Source: an uncultured Candidatus Saccharibacteria bacterium (lineage in GTDB: Bacteria; Patescibacteriota; Minisyncoccia; Phycocordibacterales; CSBR16-119). Taken from it: a stretch of 64,000 nt of DNA. The stretch's first letter is position 1; each line of letters opens with the position of its first letter. Shown here piece by piece: positions 8,062-17,738 of this stretch. Where the stretch lies: positions 18,116-82,115 of the forward strand of contig CAZBAG010000003.1 of the NCBI GenBank assembly GCA_964490365.1, written 5' to 3'. The notes beneath the pieces were generated by a model. It saw nothing but the letters and a program-made list of their open reading frames with translations, made no database searches and was not told the origin of the DNA. A program made the position numbers and the translations under genes.

Positions 8062-8928
8062 CTATATAGTCGTTGAAAGTATAATTGCTGATAGAATTGC
8101 GACAAGAAGACCAATGTATTGGTGCTTGAGTAATTTCTCTTTTGTAATAAAAATTCCGAGAAGTACAGCAATAATGATGTAACTTTCAGAGATTGCAACC
8201 GCAATGCCAATAGGAGTAGAAACCATCGCGATTGCAAACGCTATCCATGCGATGTTGTCTAAGATCATCATGGGCGCAAGCACTTTCGGATATTCTATAA
8301 GATGAATCAAAGTATCTTTTATTTTTCTTTGTCTGGCAATAAAAATAAAAGATCCCACTAAAGAAACACTATTAATAACAAAGTTAATCATAAGTGGATT
8401 TGTTTCTCGTGCACCCCATCCAACAAAAAAATTTGTAATACCCATAAGTAGCGCAGATAAGAAAGCGATTTTTATTCCTTTTTCAAAAATAATTCGTTTA
8501 CTTACTGTGATATCTTTGTATGAAATCAAGAAAAGACCGATCATCAGAATTAGAATAAGTATGATTTGTAGAGTGGAAAGAGGTTCTCGAAGGATAAAAA
8601 AAGCAAAGATACTTGAAACCACTATTTCAAATGACCAAATAGGTTCAACTATAGAAAGCTTTCCTTTCTTGAGTGCCTCAAATTCAAAAAGTGCAGCCAC
8701 GAAAAGTAATATAGCCGCTGTAAATATAATATAGACAATGTTTGATGGTAGTAGTACAATCTTGCCAATATCTGACCATACAAAAGGTAAAACCATTACT
8801 GTTCCAAAAAGAGCAATGAGGAACAAGGTTTGCCAGTCACCAATTTTTCTTGTTGATTTTTGTATAAAAAAATCACCAACACCCCACGCTATCATTGCTA
8901 TAAAAGCCGAGATAATTCCTGTTGTCAT
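8062..8928 (-). CDS. EamA/DMT-family membrane transporter (about 10 transmembrane segments)
   Basis: A polytopic 288-aa membrane protein with two similar halves typical of EamA-like transporters. Confidence 0.55.
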   Translation of the reverse strand: MTTGIISAFIAMIAWGVGDFFIQKSTRKIGDWQTLFLIALFGTVMVLPFVWSDIGKIVLLPSNIVYIIFTAAILLFVAALFEFEALKKGKLSIVEPIWSFEIVVSSIFAFFILREPLSTLQIILILILMIGLFLISYKDITVSKRIIFEKGIKIAFLSALLMGITNFFVGWGARETNPLMINFVINSVSLVGSFIFIARQRKIKDTLIHLIEYPKVLAPMMILDNIAWIAFAIAMVSTPIGIAVAISESYIIIAVLLGIFITKEKLLKHQYIGLLVAILSAIILSTTI

Positions 8929-8931
8929 ACA

Positions 8932-9651
8932 TTATTCTTCTCGCATCGGTGCATTTTTTACAATTCGCACAATCTCATCCTCATCATCGGTAATTGTGTA
9001 GAGATTAAGATCTTCTGGGGATATAGTTTCAAATTCTTTGAGCATCGTTTCGCGTATCATCCTATCAAGTGGTTCCCAGAATTTTTTACCAACTAATATT
9101 ATTGGCACTTTTGAAATTTTACCTGTTTGAACGAGCGTTAAAATTTCAAAGAGTTCATCAAAGGTTCCAAATCCACCAGGGAAGTAAAGATACGCTTCAG
9201 CAGAATATGCCATGAGAACCTTTCGTGTAAAAAAGAAATAGAACGGTATTTCGTCAGTAACATACCTATTTGTATACTGTTCCATTGGAAGCTTAATTGT
9301 TAAACCAAAAGATGGTTTTCCCATTTCGTAAGCGCCACGGTTTCCAGCTTCCATAATACCTGGTCCACCACCAGTAACGATTGAATAGCCAAGCTCTCCA
9401 GCGATACGTCGAGACAGTCTAAGTGCTCGTTGATAGTCTTCATGGCCTTCAGCTAAACGGGCAGAGCCCCAAAAAGTTACCGATTTGTTATGATCTTTGC
9501 TACTTTTGATAATATCAAAACCTTGGCGAAATTCTTCATTGATAACACAAATACGAGTTTCTGTTTCGTCTCCATCTGTGACATAGATACATCCGCTTTT
9601 AATTTCATCAAGAGTGAGGCGTTTTGGTCGAAATGGTTTTTGCTCTTTCAT
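8932..9651 (-). CDS. LOG-family (TIGR00730) Rossmann-fold nucleotide phosphoribohydrolase
   Basis: Motifs VTGGGPGIMEAGNRGA and PGGFGTFDELFE. Confidence 0.75.
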   Translation of the reverse strand: MKEQKPFRPKRLTLDEIKSGCIYVTDGDETETRICVINEEFRQGFDIIKSSKDHNKSVTFWGSARLAEGHEDYQRALRLSRRIAGELGYSIVTGGGPGIMEAGNRGAYEMGKPSFGLTIKLPMEQYTNRYVTDEIPFYFFFTRKVLMAYSAEAYLYFPGGFGTFDELFEILTLVQTGKISKVPIILVGKKFWEPLDRMIRETMLKEFETISPEDLNLYTITDDEDEIVRIVKNAPMREE

Positions 9652-9724
9652 ACGTCATCTATTGTATCTTATTTTGAGAAAAATGATGAGTTCTGGTATA
9701 ACTGAGATGTGTGAAAACACTCAT

Positions 9725-9795
9725 TGCCAGATCGTCTAATGGTAGGACAACGGTTTCTGGTACCGTTTATCTTGGTTCGAGCCCAAGTCTGGCAG
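9725..9795 (+). tRNA. tRNA-Gln (anticodon CTG)
   Basis: Manual fold: acceptor TGCCAGA/TCTGGCA with U1-A72 as in bacterial tRNA-Gln. D-arm GTCT-AATGGTA-GGAC, anticodon stem ACGGT/ACCGT with loop TTCTGGT, T-arm CTTGG-TTCGAGC-CCAAG. Confidence 0.8.
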
Positions 9796-9812
9796 CAGTA
9801 AAGTATATTTCA

Positions 9813-10325
9813 CTATCTTCTTCTCTCAAAAAGATGGGTTACTGCGCAACCTAAAATACCGCCCATAATAAGTGCATCAAAAGGGAATTCAGTGTGTTCT
9901 TCTGATTCAGCATGGTGAGTTTCTTCCGAAGTTTCTACATGTTTATGATTACCTAAAAGAAGAAGCGACAGGAGTCCAACTAATATACCAGCAAGAATTG
10001 CTTTTAAGGCGTTGTGTGAATGACGTTTAAATTCGCTTACAAGAAACACGATATCAAACAGCGCGTGTATTCCGTGAAAGATTAATTCGCCAGTTGTATA
10101 TGACAAGCCAACACTAACATGTTGAGACCACTCAATAGTCATATGCACTGCAAGTAGCAGGATTGTCACAAAGCCTTTTCTTGCATGCGCAAAATAGGCA
10201 AGGAGGACACCAGACAGTAGGGCAATGCCACTGAGTACTGTCCAATCAATATTCTTTGCATGAATGCCAAGTACGACAATGTACAAGACAAGAAATATTT
10301 TAAATAGAATTTCTTTCGTTCGCAT
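9813..10325 (-). CDS. His-rich polytopic membrane protein, possibly a HupE/UreJ-like metal transporter
   Basis: A 170-aa protein with about five transmembrane segments and His clusters (HKHVETSEETHHAESEEHTEF; HMTIEWSQH). It is divergent from a Fur-family regulator across a palindromic operator. Confidence 0.4.
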   Translation of the reverse strand: MRTKEILFKIFLVLYIVVLGIHAKNIDWTVLSGIALLSGVLLAYFAHARKGFVTILLLAVHMTIEWSQHVSVGLSYTTGELIFHGIHALFDIVFLVSEFKRHSHNALKAILAGILVGLLSLLLLGNHKHVETSEETHHAESEEHTEFPFDALIMGGILGCAVTHLFERRR

Positions 10326-10335
10326 AGTACTTCAA

Positions 10336-10380
10336 CAAGTATATTCTATTTGCAAGTAACTTGCAAATAGAATATACTTG
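10336..10380. promoter_or_regulatory. Perfect 22-bp-arm palindrome (candidate Fur-family operator) between divergent genes
   Basis: CAAGTATATTCTATTTGCAAGT-A-ACTTGCAAATAGAATATACTTG. It ends 4 bp before the fur ATG and lies 10 bp upstream of the start of the divergent membrane-protein gene. Confidence 0.6.
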
Positions 10381-10384
10381 TCCC

Positions 10385-10714
10385 ATGAAGAACTCACTCT
10401 ACAAAGATGAAATTTTAGAAATCCTGTCTCAAGAACATTTACTGTCTATTGCTGATATTCAAAAAAAAGTATCAGCAGATTTTTCTACCGTGTTTCGCAA
10501 TCTTGAAAGTTTGGTAAAGGATAATATTGTAAAAAAAGTTCTTATTTCAAAAGATGTTGTTATGTATGAAATAAAAACAGAAGCATCACACGACCATTTT
10601 GTGTGTGATGACTGTGGAAGTGTTGCATCGGTAACTCTTCCGTATAAAAAAAAGCAGGGAGTGGGATACATTCATGACATTGTTATGCGGGGTACATGTA
10701 AAGCGTGTCTCTAA
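10385..10714 (+). CDS. Fur-family metal-responsive transcriptional regulator (Fur/Zur/Nur-like)
   Basis: N-terminal wHTH (ILEILSQEHLLSIADIQKK...VFRNLESL), HDHFVCDDCGSV metal site and C-terminal CKAC. Start taken at ATG 10385 rather than the TTG of the track ORF. Confidence 0.75.
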   Translation: MKNSLYKDEILEILSQEHLLSIADIQKKVSADFSTVFRNLESLVKDNIVKKVLISKDVVMYEIKTEASHDHFVCDDCGSVASVTLPYKKKQGVGYIHDIVMRGTCKACL

Positions 10715-10757
10715 TTGTCCACACGTATTTTTAATAGTTCTATTCTATAATAACCAT

Positions 10758-11051
10758 ATGGAAACTCTTGTGCAGGCAAATATCTTTTTCTTTATTACCT
10801 CGATCGCGGTTCTTGTTATTTCTTTTTTTGTTATTGTACTCTTGATCAAGCTCCGAAGATTGGTTTCTTCAGTGAATGCACTTGTCGAAAAGCTTAAAAA
10901 CACCAGTGATTACATGGGAGAAGAGGCAAAAGACCTTATCGATGACATTAAACAAAGTCCAATTTTTAGATTTATGTTTCCTCGGCGAAAGAAAAGAGTT
11001 GCTTCTGATGCTGTCAAAACAGTCCCTCCTAAAATAAGAAGAAAAGTCTAG
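10758..11051 (+). CDS. Small membrane protein (N-terminal transmembrane segment, coiled C-terminus)
   Basis: ORF from ATG 10758. Transmembrane segment FFFITSIAVLVISFFVIVLLI. Confidence 0.4.
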   Translation: METLVQANIFFFITSIAVLVISFFVIVLLIKLRRLVSSVNALVEKLKNTSDYMGEEAKDLIDDIKQSPIFRFMFPRRKKRVASDAVKTVPPKIRRKV

Positions 11052-11120
11052 TATAGAAATAGTAAAAGGAGTATAATATATCTGTCGCCTATTATCATTA
11101 TTTTTTAAGTAAAAAATCCG

Positions 11121-11501
11121 ATGAAAAAAGTTGCAAAAAAGACAGAAGGAAAAAAAAGTAATGTCGGCAAAGCAGTGGCTGTAGGTGCAGCAGCTGTGGT
11201 TGCTGGTGCAGCAGCGTATGCGCTACTTGGTCCAAACGGTAAAAAGAATCGAGCAAAAGTTGTAAAAGCTGTTGGTGTTGTGAAAAAGAAAGTTGCAGCA
11301 AATAAAGACGTGAAAGCTGCAGCCGCTACTATCAAAAAAGTTATGACTGGTGCTAAAAAAGATGCAAAAGTTATTGCGTCAAAAACAAAAACAGCCGTTA
11401 AAAAGGCTACAGGAAGTGCTAAAAAGGTTGTGAAGAAAGTTGTAACAACTACAAAAGCTGTCGTAAAGAAGGTTGCTAAAAAAGTTCCAGGAAAGAAATA
11501 A
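11121..11501 (+). CDS. Lys/Ala/Val-rich histone H1-like basic protein
   Basis: A 126-aa protein made almost entirely of KK(A/V)xK repeats with a short hydrophobic stretch near the N-terminus. Confidence 0.55.
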   Translation: MKKVAKKTEGKKSNVGKAVAVGAAAVVAGAAAYALLGPNGKKNRAKVVKAVGVVKKKVAANKDVKAAAATIKKVMTGAKKDAKVIASKTKTAVKKATGSAKKVVKKVVTTTKAVVKKVAKKVPGKK

Positions 11502-11524
11502 TTATCCATTAATTAATACGTTCT

Positions 11525-11707
11525 ATGGAAGGTCAAAATAATGGAAGTGGGGTAAATACTATTTTGATTGTCATTGTTATCTTGATACTTGGTTTTTTCG
11601 GGTATCGATATATAACTGACAGACAACAAAATAGTGCAGAAGAGCAAGAGGGAATTAATATTGATTTTTCTCTTGGTGAAGAAAACGGAGAAAGTTTGCC
11701 ACAATAG
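11525..11707 (+). CDS. Small membrane protein, hypothetical
   Basis: A 60-aa protein with one transmembrane segment (ILIVIVILILGFFGY) and an acidic tail. Confidence 0.3.
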   Translation: MEGQNNGSGVNTILIVIVILILGFFGYRYITDRQQNSAEEQEGINIDFSLGEENGESLPQ

Positions 11708-11760
11708 ATATTAGGTTACACAAAGAGGTCGTTTTATAAATATTAAGAATTACAATATTT

Positions 11761-11913
11761 ATGCTTACAACAATCGCTTTCGTACTACTCATATTATGGA
11801 TCCTTGGTGTCGTAGGTGCGTACACTATAGGTTGGTTTATTCACATTCTGTTGGTTGCCGCCGTTATCATGTTTCTCATTCGAATCATTAGGGGTCAAAA
11901 TCCAATAGAATAG
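11761..11913 (+). CDS. lmo0937-family small membrane protein (50 aa; absent from the ORF track because it is under 60 aa)
   Basis: MLTTIAFVLLILWILGVVGAYTIGWFIHILLVAAVIMFLIRIIRGQNPIE matches the LWILG...HILLV...RGR pattern of this family. A terminator AAGCAGCCCTTCGGGGCTGTTTT follows. Confidence 0.55.
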   Translation: MLTTIAFVLLILWILGVVGAYTIGWFIHILLVAAVIMFLIRIIRGQNPIE

Positions 11914-12058
11914 CATCTCAAAGCAGCCCTTCGGGGCTGTTTTGGTTTGGGGGTTATTAGCTTCACAAGTCTTTCTCTACATGGTATAGTAAACGTCCAA
12001 CTATCTCCTTTAAAGGAGGCCCCGACTATTCGGGGTAAATTTTTTAAGTTAATTTTGT

Positions 12059-13846
12059 ATGGAAATCAGAAATATCGCAATTATTGCTCACGTGGACCAC
12101 GGTAAGACAACGCTTACTGACGCTATTTTACGTCAAAATGAAATGGCAGATGAAACAGTATCTATGGATTCAAACGATCTTGAAAAAGAGCGAGGAATCA
12201 CTATTTACGCAAAAAACACTTCGGTGTATTACAAAGGTACAAAAATTAATATTGTAGACACTCCTGGCCACGCCGACTTTGGTTCAGAAGTTGAACGAGT
12301 ATTAAAAGCTGTTGACTCAGTGCTTTTGATCGTTGATGCTGCGGAAGGACCAATGCCTCAAACAAAATTCGTACTTAAAAAATCTCTTGAACTTGGACTT
12401 AAACCTATTTTAGTGCTTAATAAAATTGATAAACCTGCAGCAGACGTGAATGCTGCCCATGATGCGGTATATGAACTCTTTTTTGAGCTTGGTGCATCTG
12501 ATGAACAACTCGATTTCAAAACAGTATACGCAATTGGCCGAGCTGGTACTGCAAAGCTTGCTATGCAAGATGAAATGAAAGATCTAACCCCGCTCCTTGA
12601 TCTTGTGCTTCAAGAAGTACCTTCAGTTTCTGGTGAAGATAAAATTGTAGGACCACTCAAGGCTCAAGTATTTAACCTGGCGTATGACAACTTCCTAGGA
12701 AGAATGGGTGTGTGTCGAATGTATCAAGGTGTTATTAAAGACGGACAAAAAGTATTTGCAAAAGATACTAGCGGAGCACTCCATAGTGGTAAAATCACGA
12801 AACTTTTTACTTTTGAAGGTATGCAACGAAAATCCGTTGAAGGAGCTGTTGCTGGTGACATTATTATGATTTCAGGTCTTCCAGATATTTTCATCGGTCA
12901 AACAATTGTTGATATTGAAACAACTGACCCAATGCCTGAAATTAAAGTTGACGAACCAACCGTTTCCTTCAACATGATGGTGAACGATTCTCCGTTTGTT
13001 GGGCGAGCAGGTAAATTGCTTACGTCACGACAAATCCGAGAGCGACTCGAAAAAGAACTTGAGGTAAACGTGGGTCTTCGAGTTGATTTTGGTGATCAAG
13101 GTAAATTTAAGGTTTATGGACGAGGTGAACTTCACTTGGCAATTCTCATTGAAAATATGCGACGCGAAGGGTTTGAGCTCGCTGTGTCACAACCTGAAGT
13201 AATCATTAAAGATATTGATGGAGAAAAGAGTGAACCTTTCGAAGAGGCAACGATCGTTGTTCCAGAAGAATTTTCTGGTGCCGTTATCGAGAAAATGGGC
13301 AAACGAAAAGGTTTGATGCAAAACATGGAACACGATGGAAACAACGTGAAGATGATCTTCGTTGTTCCGACTCGTGGTCTTCTTGGGTATAGAAATGAAT
13401 TCGTTGTCGATACTCGAGGTGAAGGAATTCTTACAACAATTTTCCACGGCTTCATGCCATATGCTGGTACAGTAACAAAAACAGAATTTGGATCAATGGT
13501 GTCTATGGAAAACGGCAAGGCACTCGCCTTTGCTCTCGATAACCTACAAGAGCGTGGAGTGCTGTATATTCCTGTGAACACAGAAGTATACGAAGGTATG
13601 GTGATTGGATACACCGTGAAGGGCGAAGACATGGTGGTAAATCCAACAAAAGGAAAACAGCTTACCAACATGCGTGCTTCTGGTTCTGATGAGGCTGTGA
13701 AGGTTGTTCCGCCGTTACTTCTTACACTTGAGCTTGCGATGAGTATGATTCGAGGAGATGAACTTCTCGAAGTTACACCAGATGCAGTTCGTCTTCGAAA
13801 GATTTTCTTAAAGGAAGGTGAGAGAAAGAGAGGTTCTAAAAATTAA
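12059..13846 (+). CDS. typA: Translational GTPase TypA/BipA
   Basis: [10 protein letters not shown]1, DTPGHADF G3, NKIDK G4. Overall 595-aa EF-G-like architecture. Confidence 0.95.
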   Translation: MEIRNIAIIAHVDHGKTTLTDAILRQNEMADETVSMDSNDLEKERGITIYAKNTSVYYKGTKINIVDTPGHADFGSEVERVLKAVDSVLLIVDAAEGPMPQTKFVLKKSLELGLKPILVLNKIDKPAADVNAAHDAVYELFFELGASDEQLDFKTVYAIGRAGTAKLAMQDEMKDLTPLLDLVLQEVPSVSGEDKIVGPLKAQVFNLAYDNFLGRMGVCRMYQGVIKDGQKVFAKDTSGALHSGKITKLFTFEGMQRKSVEGAVAGDIIMISGLPDIFIGQTIVDIETTDPMPEIKVDEPTVSFNMMVNDSPFVGRAGKLLTSRQIRERLEKELEVNVGLRVDFGDQGKFKVYGRGELHLAILIENMRREGFELAVSQPEVIIKDIDGEKSEPFEEATIVVPEEFSGAVIEKMGKRKGLMQNMEHDGNNVKMIFVVPTRGLLGYRNEFVVDTRGEGILTTIFHGFMPYAGTVTKTEFGSMVSMENGKALAFALDNLQERGVLYIPVNTEVYEGMVIGYTVKGEDMVVNPTKGKQLTNMRASGSDEAVKVVPPLLLTLELAMSMIRGDELLEVTPDAVRLRKIFLKEGERKRGSKN

Positions 13847-13854
13847 AACTATAA

Positions 13855-13886
13855 AAAATCCGCCATTCTCTGGCGGATTTTTTATA
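13855..13886. terminator. Bidirectional intrinsic terminator between convergent typA and the pseudouridine synthase gene
   Basis: AAAAATCCGCCATTCTCTGGCGGATTTTTTAT. Confidence 0.7.
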
Positions 13887-14589
13887 AAACTTCTTTTAAA
13901 AATTCTTCTAATTCTTTACCTTTAATTTCTCTATAAGTGTTTGGTCGTAGTTTGCCAAGCAAAATGTTCATGATACGAACTCTTTGAAGTGACTTCACCT
14001 GATAGTTGAGTGAAGCACACATGCGACGAATTTGTCTATTTTTCCCTTCAGTGATAATAATTTCAAATGTATGACTGTCGAGTTTTCGCACCTTTGCTTT
14101 TTTTGTCATTTCTTTTCCAAGACGAACACCATCACGAAGTTTAACCATAAACATGTGTTCTATGGCGTGATTAACGGTCACCACATATTCTTTCTCATGG
14201 TTATATACACCACTTAAAAGTTTTTCTGTAATACGTCCATCGTTGGTGATAATTAAAAGACCGCTTGAGTCTTTGTCGAGGCGCCCTAGTGGAAAGACTC
14301 TAAAAGGGAATTGAATAATATCTTTAATTTCTTCTTCACCTTCTTGTTTGCCGACCGTGGTAACACCAACAGGTTTGTTGTATGCATAATACACAAGTTT
14401 TTCTTCTTTTGTGTTTTTGAGTGTCACTGTGTCGCTTGACTCGACAGTGTCACCAAGCTTTGCTCGTTTTCCATTAATCAGAACTTTACCAAGGGAAATA
14501 AGCTTGTCGGCGCCGCGACGTGTTGCAATACCTTGATCAGCTAAGTATTTGTTGATTCGTGTTCCGTTGTTTTTGTTATCTGGTGTCAT
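13882..14589 (-). CDS. rRNA pseudouridine synthase, RsuA/RluB family (S4 domain plus catalytic domain)
   Basis: N-terminal S4 RNA-binding domain (RINKYLADQGIATRRGADKLI) and catalytic core with KDSSGLLIITNDG. Confidence 0.85.
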   Translation of the reverse strand: MTPDNKNNGTRINKYLADQGIATRRGADKLISLGKVLINGKRAKLGDTVESSDTVTLKNTKEEKLVYYAYNKPVGVTTVGKQEGEEEIKDIIQFPFRVFPLGRLDKDSSGLLIITNDGRITEKLLSGVYNHEKEYVVTVNHAIEHMFMVKLRDGVRLGKEMTKKAKVRKLDSHTFEIIITEGKNRQIRRMCASLNYQVKSLQRVRIMNILLGKLRPNTYREIKGKELEEFLKEVL

Positions 14590-15748
14590 GAAGGCCGTAC
14601 GTTGGTATAAGTGCCAATAAAACGATAAGTCCTAAGATAATAAACAAATTTTGAATATTTGCAAAGGATAGGGCAATGGTTGCAATAATTGGACTTATAA
14701 GAAATGCGACAGAGGAAGTGTTGCGGAAAACAGAGATTGTTCGAGTATCTTCCTTGTCAATTTTTTTAAAAAAGTAACTTTCTGTTGTTACTTGTATGAG
14801 GCTCGCACCAATACGAGTTAGAGCAAGTCCACAAGCCCAAATCCAAACCTCCTTTCCGGTGATAAATCCAAGTGCAATAGTACACAAGCTGACAATAATA
14901 ATACCCGCGACCATCATTTCTTTTTCACCAAGAATTTTATCGGCAATAGTGCCCCAGGGAATATCAAAGAGGACATAGGGTATGTGCATGACTGCAAACA
15001 CTACACCAATTTCTTGCCACGATAGACCAACGTACTCAGACAGGTACAGAGGGGTGTAGATAGTCATCCATGCGAAGAAGAAGTTAAGTGTTAACGATAC
15101 AAGATATACATTTTTAAGATCAGTTCGCTTGAAAAGATTTTTCACCCCTAAAAAGAAGTTCATTTTTTTATCTTCGGGAAAAATATGCACATCTTTAAAC
15201 TGATGTACAAAGTAATAGAGCATACAGGCAATAAGGAGACCCGATGTTAAATATACACCTTTGAAGTAGACAGTATTTACCAGAATACCGGCAAGAAATG
15301 GTCCAATGAGAAATGCGAAGTTGTACACAGTCAGGTAAATACCCCGAGTATTTCCAGCCGAGGTGTTTTTTGAATAGTGCGACAGAAGTACATCGACAGA
15401 TAAAAACATTGCTATGGCAGAAACCCAGTAGGTTATGAAGAAGAGTTGTAATATTAGTTGATTTTTACAAGCAACAAGAGCAACAACAGATAAGACATAC
15501 AACGCGCCAACACTACTGAGTGTCTTCACTAATCCATACCGATGGAAAATTTTTGGTGTGTAGGATATATAGATAAGCGAAGCAAGTGATGCCGCGGCAA
15601 AAAGTAACCCAACAAGATGAGGAGACGTAAAACTTTCAACAAAGCTCGAGTCTACATAGGACGTCAGAGCTACACTTATCGTTAAGATAAAGCTTACACC
15701 GAAAATAGATTTTAAGTTACTATGTGAGAGCTTCTGCACCATACACAT
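14576..15748 (-). CDS. MFS-family transporter
   Basis: A 390-aa protein with 12 predicted transmembrane segments in two six-helix halves. Confidence 0.65.
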   Translation of the reverse strand: MCMVQKLSHSNLKSIFGVSFILTISVALTSYVDSSFVESFTSPHLVGLLFAAASLASLIYISYTPKIFHRYGLVKTLSSVGALYVLSVVALVACKNQLILQLFFITYWVSAIAMFLSVDVLLSHYSKNTSAGNTRGIYLTVYNFAFLIGPFLAGILVNTVYFKGVYLTSGLLIACMLYYFVHQFKDVHIFPEDKKMNFFLGVKNLFKRTDLKNVYLVSLTLNFFFAWMTIYTPLYLSEYVGLSWQEIGVVFAVMHIPYVLFDIPWGTIADKILGEKEMMVAGIIIVSLCTIALGFITGKEVWIWACGLALTRIGASLIQVTTESYFFKKIDKEDTRTISVFRNTSSVAFLISPIIATIALSFANIQNLFIILGLIVLLALIPTYGLHDTR

Positions 15749-15759
15749 AGTCTAACAAA

Positions 15760-17706
15760 CTATGAGCTGAGAATAACGGGGATAACCACAGGTCGTTTTC
15801 CAGTAGCTTGGAATAGGAACTTTGTTACCTTACGTGTGATCGTATCTTTTACATAGTCAAAATCAACCGGATCCATACCAGCAATTGTTTCTTCAGTTGT
15901 TTTCTTAATCATGTTTCGTGCTTTCTTAAGAAGTTCTTGATTTTCTTTTAAGTAGACAAAACCCCGAGAAATAAGATCAGGAGATTTTTTTACTTGCTTC
16001 GTTTTCATATTGATCATGACAACCATAACGAAGATACCGTCTTGAGCGAGTGCTTTTCGGTCTCGGATCACAAGATGTTGTGTATCCGATACAGAAAGCC
16101 CATCGATAATAACCGCTTCGCCTGGAACTTTTTCTTTTCGCTTAACGATTTCTTTACCTTCATTTACAATTTCAATAATACTTCCGTTATCAGGAACGAC
16201 AATATTAGTTTTTGGGCATCCCAGAGTTTCTGCAAGTTCTGCGTGCATCTTGAGACGGTGGTGGTGTCCGTGTACCGGCATAAAGAATTTGTAGTTAATT
16301 TGCTTGTGAAGCCATTCAAGTTCACCTCGTTTTCCGTGACCAGATGCGTGAACAACATTGTCCATATACGTGATTACTTTTGCATCGCCTCGGTAGAGGT
16401 TGTCTTTCAAACTATCAACAGCAGCTTCGTTTCCTGGAATAACTGACGAAGAAAGCACAATCGTGTCTGTTGCACCAAGCTTGATTTGCTTGTGAGTTCC
16501 GTTCGCCATTCTCATCAGCGCGGCAAATTCTTCACCTTGTGCGCCAGTAGCAATAAGTACAATCTTATGAGGTGGATAATCATCCATGTCCTCAATACCG
16601 ATGACATGTTTGAAGTCAGTCAGTTTAAGTTCTTTGGCAATACCAACGTTTGTTTTCATTGAACGTCCTTCAACAACAACATACTTGCCATATCTCGTTG
16701 CTGAATTGATAAATTCAAGAATTCGTTCTACTTGAGAAGCGAATGTACCAATGATTAATCTACCCGGAGCATTTTTAATAATAGTATCAATATTACTAAT
16801 TACTTCAGCTTCAGAACCAGACCAGCCAGGACTTGTAATACCTGTCGAGTCCATGGTCATAAGAAGTACGTTTCTGTCTTTAAACATTTTGTATTGTTCA
16901 AATTCTTTTGGTAGAGGAACGCCATCTTTGTTATCAACACGAACGTCTCCTGTTGAAACAATATCACCAAATGGTGTTTCAATAATTACTCCTGTTGAAT
17001 CTGGGATTGAGTGAGTAAGCCCAAAAAATCGAACTTTAAAGTCAGGAGAAATTGGAAGCGCACCGTCTGCAGCTTCAACAACTTTAATGTTGAGTTTTAG
17101 ACCTGGAAAATCTTCAGCTTTTGCTTTTACAAGCAATGCCCCGAATTCCCGTGTGTAGATAGGTGGATTACCAATTCGTTCAATAAGATAGGGAATACCT
17201 CCAATGTGATCAAGGTGGCCGTGGGTGATCACCATCGCTTTAATCTTGTGCTTGTTTGCCTCAAGATATTTTGTGTTTGGAATCATGTAGTCAATTCCTG
17301 GATTTTCTTCATCGGCAAAACCAATACCAGCATCTATAACGATAATCTGGTCGTTGAGTTCTACCATGGTCATATTTCTTCCGATTTCTTCAACTCCACC
17401 GAGTGGAATAACTCGAATTACATTTTTTTCTGGAGGCTGAATAGAACTAAGCTCTCGTCGCCCGTGTGGTGCACCGCTTTTGTTTCGATCTCTGACAGGT
17501 GCGCCAGTTCTCATTTGAGAAGGAGCAGGGCGTCGTGGACGCACCCCAGTGTTGGCCGTGGTTTCTGGTCGAGAAGAATTTTTATTATTAAATCTTCTTC
17601 CTCCTCCACGAGAGCTGTGTTGGTTTCGCGTACCAGTATAGGGGGTACGATTTCTATTGTTTTGACCGCTATGTGAAGGTCCTGTGTTGTTTGATTTTTG
17701 ATCCAT
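15760..17706 (-). CDS. rnj: Ribonuclease J with an approximately 95-aa Arg/Gly/Asn-rich N-terminal extension
   Basis: Metallo-beta-lactamase HGHLDHIGG motif, beta-CASP domain and a C-terminal domain. The first roughly 95 residues are low-complexity (RGGGRRFNNKNSSRP...). Confidence 0.9.
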   Translation of the reverse strand: MDQKSNNTGPSHSGQNNRNRTPYTGTRNQHSSRGGGRRFNNKNSSRPETTANTGVRPRRPAPSQMRTGAPVRDRNKSGAPHGRRELSSIQPPEKNVIRVIPLGGVEEIGRNMTMVELNDQIIVIDAGIGFADEENPGIDYMIPNTKYLEANKHKIKAMVITHGHLDHIGGIPYLIERIGNPPIYTREFGALLVKAKAEDFPGLKLNIKVVEAADGALPISPDFKVRFFGLTHSIPDSTGVIIETPFGDIVSTGDVRVDNKDGVPLPKEFEQYKMFKDRNVLLMTMDSTGITSPGWSGSEAEVISNIDTIIKNAPGRLIIGTFASQVERILEFINSATRYGKYVVVEGRSMKTNVGIAKELKLTDFKHVIGIEDMDDYPPHKIVLIATGAQGEEFAALMRMANGTHKQIKLGATDTIVLSSSVIPGNEAAVDSLKDNLYRGDAKVITYMDNVVHASGHGKRGELEWLHKQINYKFFMPVHGHHHRLKMHAELAETLGCPKTNIVVPDNGSIIEIVNEGKEIVKRKEKVPGEAVIIDGLSVSDTQHLVIRDRKALAQDGIFVMVVMINMKTKQVKKSPDLISRGFVYLKENQELLKKARNMIKKTTEETIAGMDPVDFDYVKDTITRKVTKFLFQATGKRPVVIPVILSS

Positions 17707-17738
17707 GTTTATCAGTAGTTATAAATAATAATGTTTTA

